The notes beneath the pieces are model-generated. The model worked only from the letters and a program-made list of their open reading frames with translations. It was not told the origin of the DNA and searched no databases. The translations under genes were made by a program, and so were the position numbers. Shown piece by piece: positions 9,393 through 18,451 of a DNA stretch of 32,000 nt. How positions within the stretch are numbered: the first letter of the stretch is position 1; each line of letters begins with the position of its first letter. This DNA is from Erysipelotrichaceae bacterium (GTDB taxonomy: Bacteria; Bacillota_I; Bacilli_A; Erysipelotrichales; Coprobacillaceae), in assembly GCA_028698185.1 (NCBI GenBank), contig JAQVDW010000006.1, forward strand, positions 63,816 to 95,815. Direction: 5' to 3'.

Positions 9393-9989
9393 CTATTTGA
9401 TTATCAAGCCTGAATTTTTAGTGAAATATGCCATTTGGTCATCCAAAATGAAACTCAATGAGTTATCGATGACCACATTTGTCTTCGGATTCAACAATAT
9501 GAATCCTCCGATTGTCAGTTTTTCACTGACAACTACTTCAGCTTTCAATCCGTACGCGCTCAATATTTTCGCTTCGTATTTTTTGTCCTTTTCGCTGACT
9601 AAGATTTGCGCTTCATCAAAATTGTGATTTTGGGCAGCCGCTTTTACTTTTGACAACAAAAATTCCTCATATTTTTCACTGTTTGTAAAATCAATCAGTT
9701 TGGCTCTGGCACCTTCAAAAACCGTTTTGACATAACCGTCGCGCAGGTTTATCAGTTCCTGGCGCTGTTTGGTCGCGTCTGTCGCACTGGCAACAGTCGA
9801 TTTCAATTGAAGTGCCGCAAGTTCCTTGTCGAATCGAGCCTGAATTTCTTTGACAACCTCCAGTTTGATTTCCTCTTTAGCTTTTTCTCTTAATTCCTGA
9901 GCTTCTTCCAAGAGTCTGTTTTCCTGAGTGGCTGCTTCTCGTTCAATCTCTTCTTTCATGTAAAGAAATACTTGATCATTATTTGGCAT
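9393..9989 (-). CDS. ntpE: V-type ATP synthase subunit E
   Basis: 199 aa, with a charged coiled-coil N-terminus and a globular C-terminus (TIGGFILLN). Start chosen at ATG 9989, with AGGAG 7 nt upstream. The track ORF extension to 10088 overlaps the subunit F gene. Confidence 0.8.
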   Translation of the reverse strand: MPNNDQVFLYMKEEIEREAATQENRLLEEAQELREKAKEEIKLEVVKEIQARFDKELAALQLKSTVASATDATKQRQELINLRDGYVKTVFEGARAKLIDFTNSEKYEEFLLSKVKAAAQNHNFDEAQILVSEKDKKYEAKILSAYGLKAEVVVSEKLTIGGFILLNPKTNVVIDNSLSFILDDQMAYFTKNSGLIIK

Positions 9990-9999
9990 CACATTACTC

Positions 10000-10308
10000 C
10001 TATAGTTTAACCCCAACTGCTTCCGATACGTATCTGTCGATAGTCTCACCGATTTTCGACTCGCCATGGCGGTCAGGTATCTCCACAATTAACGGCTGAC
10101 GTTGTTTTAGTTTGATTTGTGAGATAACATCAGGTGCTAGCTCAATAAGTTTTGTCGTAATCAAGATAATTCCAATGGATTTATCTTTAATTTTTTCTTC
10201 AAGCAGTTCCAGGAACTCGCGTCGTTCATGAACCACTTCGCCTTCAATACCTACTAACCTTAGCCCAACTTGAGTATCCACGTTATCACTAAGTAAATAG
10301 AATTTCAT
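10000..10308 (-). CDS. V-type ATP synthase subunit F
   Basis: 102 aa. MKFYLLSDNVDTQVGLRLVGIEG is typical of the V/A-type F subunit. The RBS is AAGGAG. Confidence 0.85.
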   Translation of the reverse strand: MKFYLLSDNVDTQVGLRLVGIEGEVVHERREFLELLEEKIKDKSIGIILITTKLIELAPDVISQIKLKQRQPLIVEIPDRHGESKIGETIDRYVSEAVGVKL

Positions 10309-10318
10309 TGGTCGCTCC

Positions 10319-10753
10319 TTATAAAGAGTTGATAATCAAGATAGAAATCAATAATCCGTAGATTGCAACCCCTTCACCTAAGGCTACGAAGATCAATGAA
10401 CGCCCGAAGTTTGCAGGGTTTTCAGAGAATGCTCCGATGGCTGCAGATGATGCTGAAGAAACGGCGATCCCGGCACCCAAAGCCGCCAGACCGGTCGACA
10501 ATGCAGCTGCGACGAATCCCAAACCTTGAGCGATTGTCCCAGTCATCGGGTTTGTTGCTTCCTCTGCCAATACGCCGTTAGTCATGATTGAGAAAGTGAA
10601 CACCAAAGCTACCGCTCCAAAGAAACCAAGAACGTGAGTCGCAAGACGGAACTTAGCCGATTTCACATCACATTTCCCTTGGAATACTTTTACTAAAGGT
10701 AAAGACAACAGTACTACTGCAACTAAAGGTAAGATAAATTCTACTAATTTCAT
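10319..10753 (-). CDS. ntpK: V-type ATP synthase subunit K (proteolipid, c-ring)
   Basis: 144 aa. The C-terminal 75 aa form a Gly/Ala-rich helical hairpin with the ion-binding Glu in LGEGVAIYGL. The N-terminal 65 aa hold two further hydrophobic segments. Confidence 0.85.
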   Translation of the reverse strand: MKLVEFILPLVAVVLLSLPLVKVFQGKCDVKSAKFRLATHVLGFFGAVALVFTFSIMTNGVLAEEATNPMTGTIAQGLGFVAAALSTGLAALGAGIAVSSASSAAIGAFSENPANFGRSLIFVALGEGVAIYGLLISILIINSL

Positions 10754-10774
10754 TTTAAGATTCTCCTCGTTATG

Positions 10775-12661
10775 TTATTTATTGACAATATTCTTGAATG
10801 GCATTCCATCACCATCATAATATCTTGAAAACATTTCATAAAACTCAAGCCGCAATACTTGGATCCCGACGATAAGACCTTCAAGCCCCATTACGAACAG
10901 GTTACCGAATATCAAGACCAGATAATAACCGATACCGCCGAACATTTCCGCGATGGTGTATACCACCAGCATCATCCCCGCATGGGACAGGACGAATCCA
11001 CCAACCCGCAAGAATGACATCGTATTCGCCAAAAATGTCAGCATGATTTCGAACAATTCAAAGAACGCTTCGGTCAGCCCCATCGCCACCCCTTCAGGGA
11101 AAAGCTTGTGGCCTTCGATTTTCCGTTCGATGATCTCCTTGAAGAACATCAAGAAGAAAGTTACAATCGCCAGAACGGTAAGGACCGGCTTGATGCCAAG
11201 ATCGACCCCGAACATCCCAAGAGCCAATAGCAGCACCGAGACATAGAAAACCAGACCGGAAATGCAGTTTTGGGAGAGCACCATCTCCACGTACTTCTTG
11301 CGACGGAGGTTGGTGATTATCGCAATCGACATCGAAACGACGATCAAAGCGATCCCCAGGCCGACCGAAAAGCCTAACAGGGTCATGGTGTTGGCCGATT
11401 CCATCGGAAGGAAAATCGGTGTCAAAATTTCCTCGGAACCGAATACCGAACCGAAGATGACTCCAAAAAATATCGAGACAAGGGCAACCCGCATTCCGAT
11501 TCCCGCAAGAGCGTTTTTGGTTTTACGGTAGATCAGACTCGCAATGATGCCGATAAGCAGACCTTGCCCGACATCGGCGAACATGATCCCGAAAAGCAAC
11601 GAATACGACAGAGCCAGATAGCTAGTCGGGTCGATATCCCGATATGAAGGCACGCCATACATCTCGACAAAGATTCTAAACGGTTTGGAAAACCAGTTTT
11701 CGGTCAGTTTTGTCGGCGGGACAAGCCGGACATCGCTGTCGGCGGGACGCAGGGAAACATGGACATTTTCGAAACGCTCGAAATTGGCCTTGAATTCCTC
11801 GGATTTGCTTTTTTCCACAAACCCGGTTATCGCCAGATGGTCGCCCACCACGTAGACATAACGTTGCATGATGAAAATCGCATTGAGATGCTTGACGACG
11901 GTATAGATCCGATTAATTTCCTCAAAATTGTTCTGATACAATTTTTGGATTCGATTCTGATATTTGAATATGTTTTTCTGTGAAAGGTTTGTCTCCTCCT
12001 GGATTTCCTCAATCGCCCGCTTGGGATCCCCATGGGCAAACGCCGGAATATGAACCCGCTCGAACAATAGCGACGAAAACATGTTGTCGATTTCAGGCGC
12101 GTCATTTGGCGTTGTCACATACATGCACCAGGTAAAATCTTCAACCTCGTGGAACTGTCTGATGAAAAAAGGCATACCTTCATAGAAGCGCAGCTTTGCC
12201 AGGTTCTTGGTCGGGAGCTTCCCGAACCGGATTTGGAGATATTTTGTCGTGAAAAGCTCGTCAAAGTTGACATCCATTTCAACTACATTGCGGATATGAA
12301 TCACAGCTTCGCCGTTTTCCTTGACAAGCCGTTCAAGCTTCTCGATTACCGCTCCATATTTGTCGACTTCATTGATGAAGTTTTCGACGTAATGCTTGGC
12401 GGTAATCATGTTGATCCGGTTTGAAATGTGGCTTTGCTCAACCAGGTCGAACTTGTATTTTTTCGCTGCCGATTCAATTTTGTTTAGCAGATCCTCATAA
12501 ATATTCTCATCATTCCAGGCTGCCAGACTTTTTACGTTGGCAGTGAATTTAGAAGCGGGCTCCAGATGAATTTCATTGTAATTCAACAAATTGACAAGTA
12601 ATTCATTGTGACTGCGACGATCAAAATTGATATTTACCAGATTTAATTTTGTAATTGCCAC
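10775..12661 (-). CDS. ntpI: V-type ATP synthase subunit I (a-type stator/ion channel)
   Basis: 628 aa with a GTG start and GGGAGG 8 nt upstream. It has a soluble N-terminal half and a polytopic C-terminal half. The C-terminal half contains the conserved Arg helix (MSFLRVGGFVLSHAG) and the IQVLRLEFYEMFSRYYDGDG tail. Confidence 0.9.
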   Translation of the reverse strand: MAITKLNLVNINFDRRSHNELLVNLLNYNEIHLEPASKFTANVKSLAAWNDENIYEDLLNKIESAAKKYKFDLVEQSHISNRINMITAKHYVENFINEVDKYGAVIEKLERLVKENGEAVIHIRNVVEMDVNFDELFTTKYLQIRFGKLPTKNLAKLRFYEGMPFFIRQFHEVEDFTWCMYVTTPNDAPEIDNMFSSLLFERVHIPAFAHGDPKRAIEEIQEETNLSQKNIFKYQNRIQKLYQNNFEEINRIYTVVKHLNAIFIMQRYVYVVGDHLAITGFVEKSKSEEFKANFERFENVHVSLRPADSDVRLVPPTKLTENWFSKPFRIFVEMYGVPSYRDIDPTSYLALSYSLLFGIMFADVGQGLLIGIIASLIYRKTKNALAGIGMRVALVSIFFGVIFGSVFGSEEILTPIFLPMESANTMTLLGFSVGLGIALIVVSMSIAIITNLRRKKYVEMVLSQNCISGLVFYVSVLLLALGMFGVDLGIKPVLTVLAIVTFFLMFFKEIIERKIEGHKLFPEGVAMGLTEAFFELFEIMLTFLANTMSFLRVGGFVLSHAGMMLVVYTIAEMFGGIGYYLVLIFGNLFVMGLEGLIVGIQVLRLEFYEMFSRYYDGDGMPFKNIVNK

Positions 12662-12676
12662 AAATAATCCTCCCTT

Positions 12677-14035
12677 CTAAAATTCTACTTTTTTGCTTGT
12701 CATACCTCGGACAACAGCCAGAATCACCGTCAGCAAAATGATTCCGATAAAGAAATAAACGACTTTATGGATTGGCTGCAACGGGATCATGATGATGGCA
12801 GGATACAGGTGGTAAGTGTCAAAGACAGTACCGTAGAAAAGTCCTCCGACAAAACCACAACCGCCAAGGGTCAACAAGGCACGGCCGATGTTTGTTGTCC
12901 GGTGCCCGAAAAGGACTCCGACAAGCATAATCAAAGCGCCCCAACCTAGATCACCCAAGAACAAGGCTGCCAGCAATGAATAGCCGATTGCAATAAAAGG
13001 CGTCAGATCGACAGTGTCCCTGTGTCTAGGTTTCAGGATACCCTCGAACGACTTCACAAAAAAGTTATTGTGAGTGATTACCGGTGGTTCGATACCTCTG
13101 GAATTGTATATGTTTTTTGGCAATTGAAGGATACGGACTCCCTCAATCCCTTTGAAAATGCCTTCAACTTCAAGGACTGACAGAGTCGAAAAGGCATAAA
13201 TGGCGTTCTTGTTCGAATAATCAACCACATAACGGGCCTGATCAAACAATAGTTTCAAGTTGTAGATTTTGGTAAAGGCGCTCAACACCTGTTGTTGATA
13301 CTCCTGAGAAATTACCTCAATCCGTTCATTGATGTGGCCGATATAGTTGTTCATCGCTTCACATTCCGTTTTCAATTCACTGATGGCACTGTCTAAAGTA
13401 CCATGAGCGAAATCCGGAAGTTTAACCAATTCAAACGAAACCGAATCGAAAATATTGTCGATTTCAGCGATGTCTTTGGTCAAACCGGTATAGATACCCC
13501 ATATATAGTCCTTGTTTTGCGAATATTCCTTGAATATGAACGGATATTCGTTGTAATACTTCAATTTTTCATATTCACTTGCAGGAATTCGGCCAAAGCG
13601 ACATTTGATAAATTGGGTTGCTTCGATTTCATCCAAGTTGATATTTTGATTAGAAATTTCATTCAAGATCTGGATTGCGTTGAAGTTTTCCTCGCGAACA
13701 GTCACGATCTCGTCGCGGATTTTCACAGCCAGATCCAGTTTTTCGCTCACTTCGCCAATCAGCTTGTTCGCTAGCGCAATGCTTAGCGATTCACCGTGAT
13801 ACTCTGATGTCTGTTTTTCAAGACCGAGATTGTCAAGGAGGTGATACATTTTTTCCAATGTCTCGTTATAAGGATTTTCCTGATCCATCACAGTTACACC
13901 CTTGACATTGTTTGCCAACAGTTTGGAATCAAGAGGGAACATCTTGTCCTCGTTTTTCTTAATCAAAATCAAAACTTGCATCAAATCAGAAGAATTAAAG
14001 GTCACATTATATAAGTGCGTTGGTACAATTGCCAT
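12677..14035 (-). CDS. Truncated paralog of V-ATPase subunit I: N-terminal cytoplasmic domain plus about 3 TM helices, lacking the Arg channel helices
   Basis: 452 aa. It aligns by eye with the I subunit. One matching pair is CRFGRIPASEYEKLKYYNEYPFIF..AEIDNIFDSVSFELVKLPDFAHG against IRFGKLPTKNLAKLRFYEGMPFFI..PEIDNMFSSLLFERVHIPAFAHG. Another is FIAIGYSLLAALFLGDLGWG against YLALSYSLLFGIMFADVGQG. It ends after the third hydrophobic segment. The RBS is AGGAGA. Confidence 0.75.
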   Translation of the reverse strand: MAIVPTHLYNVTFNSSDLMQVLILIKKNEDKMFPLDSKLLANNVKGVTVMDQENPYNETLEKMYHLLDNLGLEKQTSEYHGESLSIALANKLIGEVSEKLDLAVKIRDEIVTVREENFNAIQILNEISNQNINLDEIEATQFIKCRFGRIPASEYEKLKYYNEYPFIFKEYSQNKDYIWGIYTGLTKDIAEIDNIFDSVSFELVKLPDFAHGTLDSAISELKTECEAMNNYIGHINERIEVISQEYQQQVLSAFTKIYNLKLLFDQARYVVDYSNKNAIYAFSTLSVLEVEGIFKGIEGVRILQLPKNIYNSRGIEPPVITHNNFFVKSFEGILKPRHRDTVDLTPFIAIGYSLLAALFLGDLGWGALIMLVGVLFGHRTTNIGRALLTLGGCGFVGGLFYGTVFDTYHLYPAIIMIPLQPIHKVVYFFIGIILLTVILAVVRGMTSKKVEF

Positions 14036-14044
14036 GACTTTCTC

Positions 14045-15073
14045 CTAACTATAAATTAATAACGATTCGATACTTGCCCCATCGCGACCATAGCGGATGC
14101 CTTCGATGATATGAATCAAGTTATCGATCTCTATTTTGGCAAGCATAGTGTATGCCAGATAGGCTACCGCATCATCGCTTGTCAAATACAAGAAATGACG
14201 GCACATGTGATATCTGACAAAGGCTACCGATTCCTCAATCGAAGTATCGGGAGCTAATTGCGAAGCGTCACTATAACGGATTCGCTCTTTGATCATCGAG
14301 TACAACGCCTCGATGCTTTTGGCTTCCAGGAGCTCTTGATAGCTCTCTTTGGAAATGCGGGAATATTTTAAAAAGAGCGATTGCAAGATGACTTCATTGG
14401 CCTCGTCAGGGAAATACGTTTTATATCGCACAAGCTTCGCGAGATTGCGAAGATCGATTGACATCGACAGGATTTCCAGAAGATCCGATTTGGTCTTGTT
14501 TGAAAAGTTCTTTTTAATCGCTTTAAAATATGTCCGGTAATAGAACTCCATGAATTCCTTGTTCAACTTGTTGAAATTGATCGGCATCTCGAAGTCGATG
14601 CCCTCGATCAGGAAGGAGTACTTGGTGTTCTTTAAAAACGCTACTAGTTCTTTATGAGTATCCACATTAATTAAACCGCGCAGATCAAAACTTGCGTGAT
14701 CGGCAACATACTGCGACACATTGACTTGAAATGCCTCAGGCATTGTGGTTATGGTTGCAATTTTTTCGAGGATTACATTAATCTCGATACCCATAATTTC
14801 CATGTAGTAAAACTGTTTTTTCTCTTTCGGTGCAAAACGAAGCAGCCCTGCACAGCGGCGGTAATATTCCTGATTTAAAATCGATTCGACTTCCTGACGG
14901 TGAATGATCCGAGGATTGGCATCCTGAAATGCCTCACTGTAAGAAGATTTCTGTTTCAAATAGGTTACAACATCACCAATTGTCTGTTTGCGCGCCAATT
15001 CCATATATGCATCTTGAAGAATCCGATTACCATACCGCGCTTTTGCCTTGGTACTTAATACATTAGATGACAT
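14045..15073 (-). CDS. ntpC: V-type ATP synthase subunit C (eukaryotic d / AC39 family)
   Basis: 342 aa. The size and the all-helical repeat pattern fit the family, as does the N-terminus (KAKARYGNRILQDAYMELARKQTIGDVVTYLKQ). The operon position is also consistent. The RBS is AAGGAGAG. Confidence 0.7.
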   Translation of the reverse strand: MSSNVLSTKAKARYGNRILQDAYMELARKQTIGDVVTYLKQKSSYSEAFQDANPRIIHRQEVESILNQEYYRRCAGLLRFAPKEKKQFYYMEIMGIEINVILEKIATITTMPEAFQVNVSQYVADHASFDLRGLINVDTHKELVAFLKNTKYSFLIEGIDFEMPINFNKLNKEFMEFYYRTYFKAIKKNFSNKTKSDLLEILSMSIDLRNLAKLVRYKTYFPDEANEVILQSLFLKYSRISKESYQELLEAKSIEALYSMIKERIRYSDASQLAPDTSIEESVAFVRYHMCRHFLYLTSDDAVAYLAYTMLAKIEIDNLIHIIEGIRYGRDGASIESLLIYS

Positions 15074-15085
15074 ATAGCTCTCCTT

Positions 15086-15394
15086 TTAGGATAAACAGCG
15101 TTGTACTAATTCGTCTATCCAAGCGTCTTTGTTTTGATTAAACTTAAGTTCTAATTCGGCTTTGGAACTATCGTAATCTTTGGTTTTTGCCGAAGTCTTG
15201 GCCAAAAGATTGCTTTGGAATTCAATTTTTTGCTTTTCAAGTTCTGCGGCTTTTTCAGCCCATAATTTTTCATAAAGTTCTTTTCTTATCGACTGCATGT
15301 CATCAGTAGCGTGGAACTTCTGATTTTTTGCCTGTTCGACACGATTAGCACACTCATGATCGATTCGGACTAATTCCTGAATTATATTATCCAT
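15086..15394 (-). CDS. Small coiled-coil protein, probable V-ATPase peripheral stalk subunit (G/H-like)
   Basis: 102 aa, highly charged heptad-rich sequence. It is the first gene of the operon, as the short stalk subunit is in the Enterococcus hirae ntp operon. The RBS is GAAGGAGGG. Confidence 0.5.
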   Translation of the reverse strand: MDNIIQELVRIDHECANRVEQAKNQKFHATDDMQSIRKELYEKLWAEKAAELEKQKIEFQSNLLAKTSAKTKDYDSSKAELELKFNQNKDAWIDELVQRCLS

Positions 15395-15417
15395 TTTTCT
15401 CCCTCCTTCAACCGTTT

Positions 15418-15445
15418 ATTATACTCTTTTGACAACATGAATCAA
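15418..15445 (-). promoter_or_regulatory. Candidate promoter of the V-ATPase operon
   Basis: Minus strand: TTGATT (15445-15440), 16-nt spacer, TATAAT (15423-15418), about 25 nt upstream of the first ATG. Confidence 0.5.
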
Positions 15446-15552
15446 ATTAAAATGAACATATTTTACATATTTTTTTTGTAAGCGTAACCATGTTTCTCGG
15501 ACTTTAAAAAGTGAGAAATTAATGTTATAATCTAGACCAAGGAGACGATCCC

Positions 15553-17313
15553 ATGAAAGAAAATAAACTTATAAAATTTCAAGAATTAATGAAAAAAAAC
15601 AAGATTGATTACTACATCGTGCCAACCAGCGATTTCCACTCAAGTGAAATTGCCGGTGCCTATTTCCAAGGCCGCAAATACCTCAGCGGTTTCACCGGTT
15701 CGGCAGGAACCCTTCTTTTCGGTCTTGAAAAGATCTACCTTTATGTCGACGGACGCTATTTCATTCAGGCTGACCAGCAAGTCGACTTGAGCATGATTAC
15801 GGTCATGAAGATCGGCCAGCCCGAATGCATCGACATGATCGACATCTTCAATCAGGACCAAACCAAGGTTGTCGGCTTTGACGGTCGCTGCGTATCCCAC
15901 AAATTCGCCGCTTCCATCAAAAATCCGATCGTCAGCGATATCGATTTGATCGACCAGGTATGGACTGACCGTCCGGAACTTTCAAAAGAACCTGTCTATA
16001 ACTACAGTATAGAATACTGCGGCCAATCACGCAAAGAAAAACTGGCTCAAATCCGCGATAAAATGAATGCTGGCACCCATATCGTCACGACATTGGACGA
16101 TATCGCCTACATTTTCAATTTGCGGGGCAACGACATCTGCCACACGCCCGTTTTCTACAGCTACGCGCTGATTTCCAAAACTCAGGCAATTCTATACCTG
16201 AACAAAGATTCTGTGAGCGAAACGCTGAAAATTGAGCTTGAACAAGACGGAGTAACCATCAAGGATTACTATGCCATCTACGATGACGCCAAAACGATCG
16301 AAGGTTCCATCCAGCTCGACACCAGCGTGGTCAACCACCAGATCGTTTCCAGCCTTGAAGGGACCGTGGTCGACTGCATGAATCCAAGCCAGCTGCTAAA
16401 GGCAATCAAGAACGAAACCGAGATTTCCAATACCCGGATTGCCCATATCAAGGATGGCTTGGCCATGACCAAGTTCATGCACTATCTCAAAACCAGCATC
16501 GCCAATGTCGCAATGGACGAACTGAGCGCAGATGAGATCCTGACTGGATACCGCCAGGAACAACCCGATTTCAAAGGCTTGTCGTTTGCGACAATCTGCG
16601 CCTATGAACAAAACGCCGCCCTGATGCACTACAGCGCCACAAAAGAAAATCACGCCCGACTCGAACCCAGGGGACTGCTTCTTATCGATAGCGGCGGGCA
16701 ATACCTCCAGGGGACAATCGACACAACCCGAACATTTGTCTTAGGTCCGATCAGCGATGTCCAGAAACACCATTTCACCCTGGTCTTCAAGGCGATGAAC
16801 AACCTCCAGCAGGCCCGGTTCCTGCATGGCAAAACCGGTGTCGGCCTAGATATTCTCGCCCGCGGGATAATCCAGCAGGAAAACCTGGATTACCAATGCG
16901 GCACCGGACATGGGGTCGGTCACTACCTTTCAGTCCATGAAGGGCCCCACGGTCTGCGCCCGGTGAAGAGGGAAAACGACCAGGATTCAATCTTCGAACC
17001 GGGCATGATCGTCACCGACGAGCCGGGCATTTACCTGGCTGGCGAATACGGCATCCGGCTTGAAAACGAGCTCCTGGTCACAAAGGGAGAAAAGAACTTC
17101 TATGGCCAGTTCCTCCATTTCGAAACCCTGACCATGGTCCCCATCGATCTTGATGGCATCAATCTTGCCATGCTCAACGATAAAGAGAGAAAACAGCTAT
17201 GCGACTACCACCAGCTCGTCTACAGCAATATCGAATACGGTCTGAATGACATCGAGAAGCAATGGTACCAGGAAACCCTGATCGCCCCGCTTCTTACTTC
17301 GCTTGACAAATAA
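15553..17313 (+). CDS. pepP: Xaa-Pro aminopeptidase (aminopeptidase P family, M24B, long form)
   Basis: 586 aa with a creatinase-like N-terminal domain and an M24 catalytic domain. Metal-ligand blocks are LLIDSGGQY, GTGHGVGHYLSVHEGP, TDEPGIY and IRLENE. The RBS is AAGGAGA. Confidence 0.9.
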   Translation: MKENKLIKFQELMKKNKIDYYIVPTSDFHSSEIAGAYFQGRKYLSGFTGSAGTLLFGLEKIYLYVDGRYFIQADQQVDLSMITVMKIGQPECIDMIDIFNQDQTKVVGFDGRCVSHKFAASIKNPIVSDIDLIDQVWTDRPELSKEPVYNYSIEYCGQSRKEKLAQIRDKMNAGTHIVTTLDDIAYIFNLRGNDICHTPVFYSYALISKTQAILYLNKDSVSETLKIELEQDGVTIKDYYAIYDDAKTIEGSIQLDTSVVNHQIVSSLEGTVVDCMNPSQLLKAIKNETEISNTRIAHIKDGLAMTKFMHYLKTSIANVAMDELSADEILTGYRQEQPDFKGLSFATICAYEQNAALMHYSATKENHARLEPRGLLLIDSGGQYLQGTIDTTRTFVLGPISDVQKHHFTLVFKAMNNLQQARFLHGKTGVGLDILARGIIQQENLDYQCGTGHGVGHYLSVHEGPHGLRPVKRENDQDSIFEPGMIVTDEPGIYLAGEYGIRLENELLVTKGEKNFYGQFLHFETLTMVPIDLDGINLAMLNDKERKQLCDYHQLVYSNIEYGLNDIEKQWYQETLIAPLLTSLDK

Positions 17314-17350
17314 AAAAATGGGTCCGTTTTATTAATGGACCCATTTTTTA
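17312..17350. terminator. Bidirectional terminator between pepP and the ATP-cone gene
   Basis: A6-ATGGGTCC-GTTTTATTAAT-GGACCCAT-T5. Confidence 0.75.
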
Positions 17351-18451
17351 TTTGTAGTTTATTATCAGCTGACCATCAAGGCCTTCAAAAAGATGCCCGT
17401 CTTGAAGGGATTGGCCCGTTTGGGAGTTGATAAGGTCGAGCTGGTTGACAGTGGTGTCGAACGCCAGATATTGCCGGTAGATTCCCAGCATTTTTGTACT
17501 GTTGATGAAAAGCTGGCGACTGGACTTGTTCAAGAACACTTTCAGGCGCTTCTCGAGTCCGACCAGGTCGATTCCTAGATCCGGGCTTTTTTTATCGAGC
17601 AAGGCGACATCGACAGCGATATTGTAGATGACATTGGCACCGGCAAAATCACTTTCAAAAGTGATATGAGGCCTTGTCAGACCCTGGCAAACCACTTCTT
17701 CTAGATCACCGGCTTCAATTTCCAAGCTGTTTTCCAGGAAAATCTCGAGACTGTCGAAAACGAGTCCCAATTTCTTCATAAAACCGGAATCGCCGGTGAG
17801 TAGGTCCAGGAATGTCTTGAAGTTGCAAAGGCGCAACGGTCCTTGCTGGTATCTGTCAAAATACATCACGACTTGCATGAACCGGTTCAATAAAACATCG
17901 CTGTTTTCCCCCGTTATCTTGGAACAGTCGATCACGTATTGGTAGATCAGGTCATCAAGGTAAGCGAGGTTGTTTATGCTCATTATATTCTGCTCGAGAG
18001 CTTTGGTCACAAAACAGTCAAAATGATTCGACTGGTTGTAATTTGCCAGGCTGGCCTCCCCCAAGATGCGAGAGCGCTCTTTGGGCGAGTTATAGAAGCT
18101 GTTTTTAGGCCGATAGGACTCCAGCTGCTCGAACGAGCTCCCCAGGGTCGCCGCTATCTTGCGCTGGTTCGACCGCTTTTCCCGGTACAGGATATAGGCT
18201 TTGGCCGCCCGGATATAGTTCTTTTCAATCAAGACTTCCTCGACAATATCCTGGACAAACTCGACTGTGGGAACTTCAACATCCCTGGTCTCGATTATTT
18301 TTACAACTTCATTGGCAAGCTGGATTGGAACCTGCTTGTCATAGTTTTTTATGCAATCACTTGCCTGAAACGATTTGTCGATCGCAACGGCAATCTTGTC
18401 GAGCTCAAAAGGCACCAGCGACCCGTCACGCTTCAATATCAGCTTAATCAT
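17348..18451 (-). CDS. ATP-cone domain protein with an uncharacterised 270-aa C-terminal region
   Basis: Start chosen at ATG 18451, with GGAGGG 6 nt upstream. The N-terminal 95 aa are a clear ATP-cone (MIKLILKRDGSLVPFELDKIAVAI .. VEFVQDIVEEVLIEKNYIRAAKAYILYREKR). The rest has no motif I recognise with confidence. Confidence 0.8.
   Translation of the reverse strand: MIKLILKRDGSLVPFELDKIAVAIDKSFQASDCIKNYDKQVPIQLANEVVKIIETRDVEVPTVEFVQDIVEEVLIEKNYIRAAKAYILYREKRSNQRKIAATLGSSFEQLESYRPKNSFYNSPKERSRILGEASLANYNQSNHFDCFVTKALEQNIMSINNLAYLDDLIYQYVIDCSKITGENSDVLLNRFMQVVMYFDRYQQGPLRLCNFKTFLDLLTGDSGFMKKLGLVFDSLEIFLENSLEIEAGDLEEVVCQGLTRPHITFESDFAGANVIYNIAVDVALLDKKSPDLGIDLVGLEKRLKVFLNKSSRQLFINSTKMLGIYRQYLAFDTTVNQLDLINSQTGQSLQDGHLFEGLDGQLIINYK

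Noticed and set aside
17348-18451. Whether the ATP-cone gene is merely a decayed 5' fragment of nrdD (a pseudogene).
   Set aside because: The reading frame is intact for 367 codons and is translationally coupled to the upstream gene. It ends directly at a strong bidirectional terminator next to pepP. No glycyl-radical-domain remnants follow in any frame. It looks like a maintained gene rather than a remnant.
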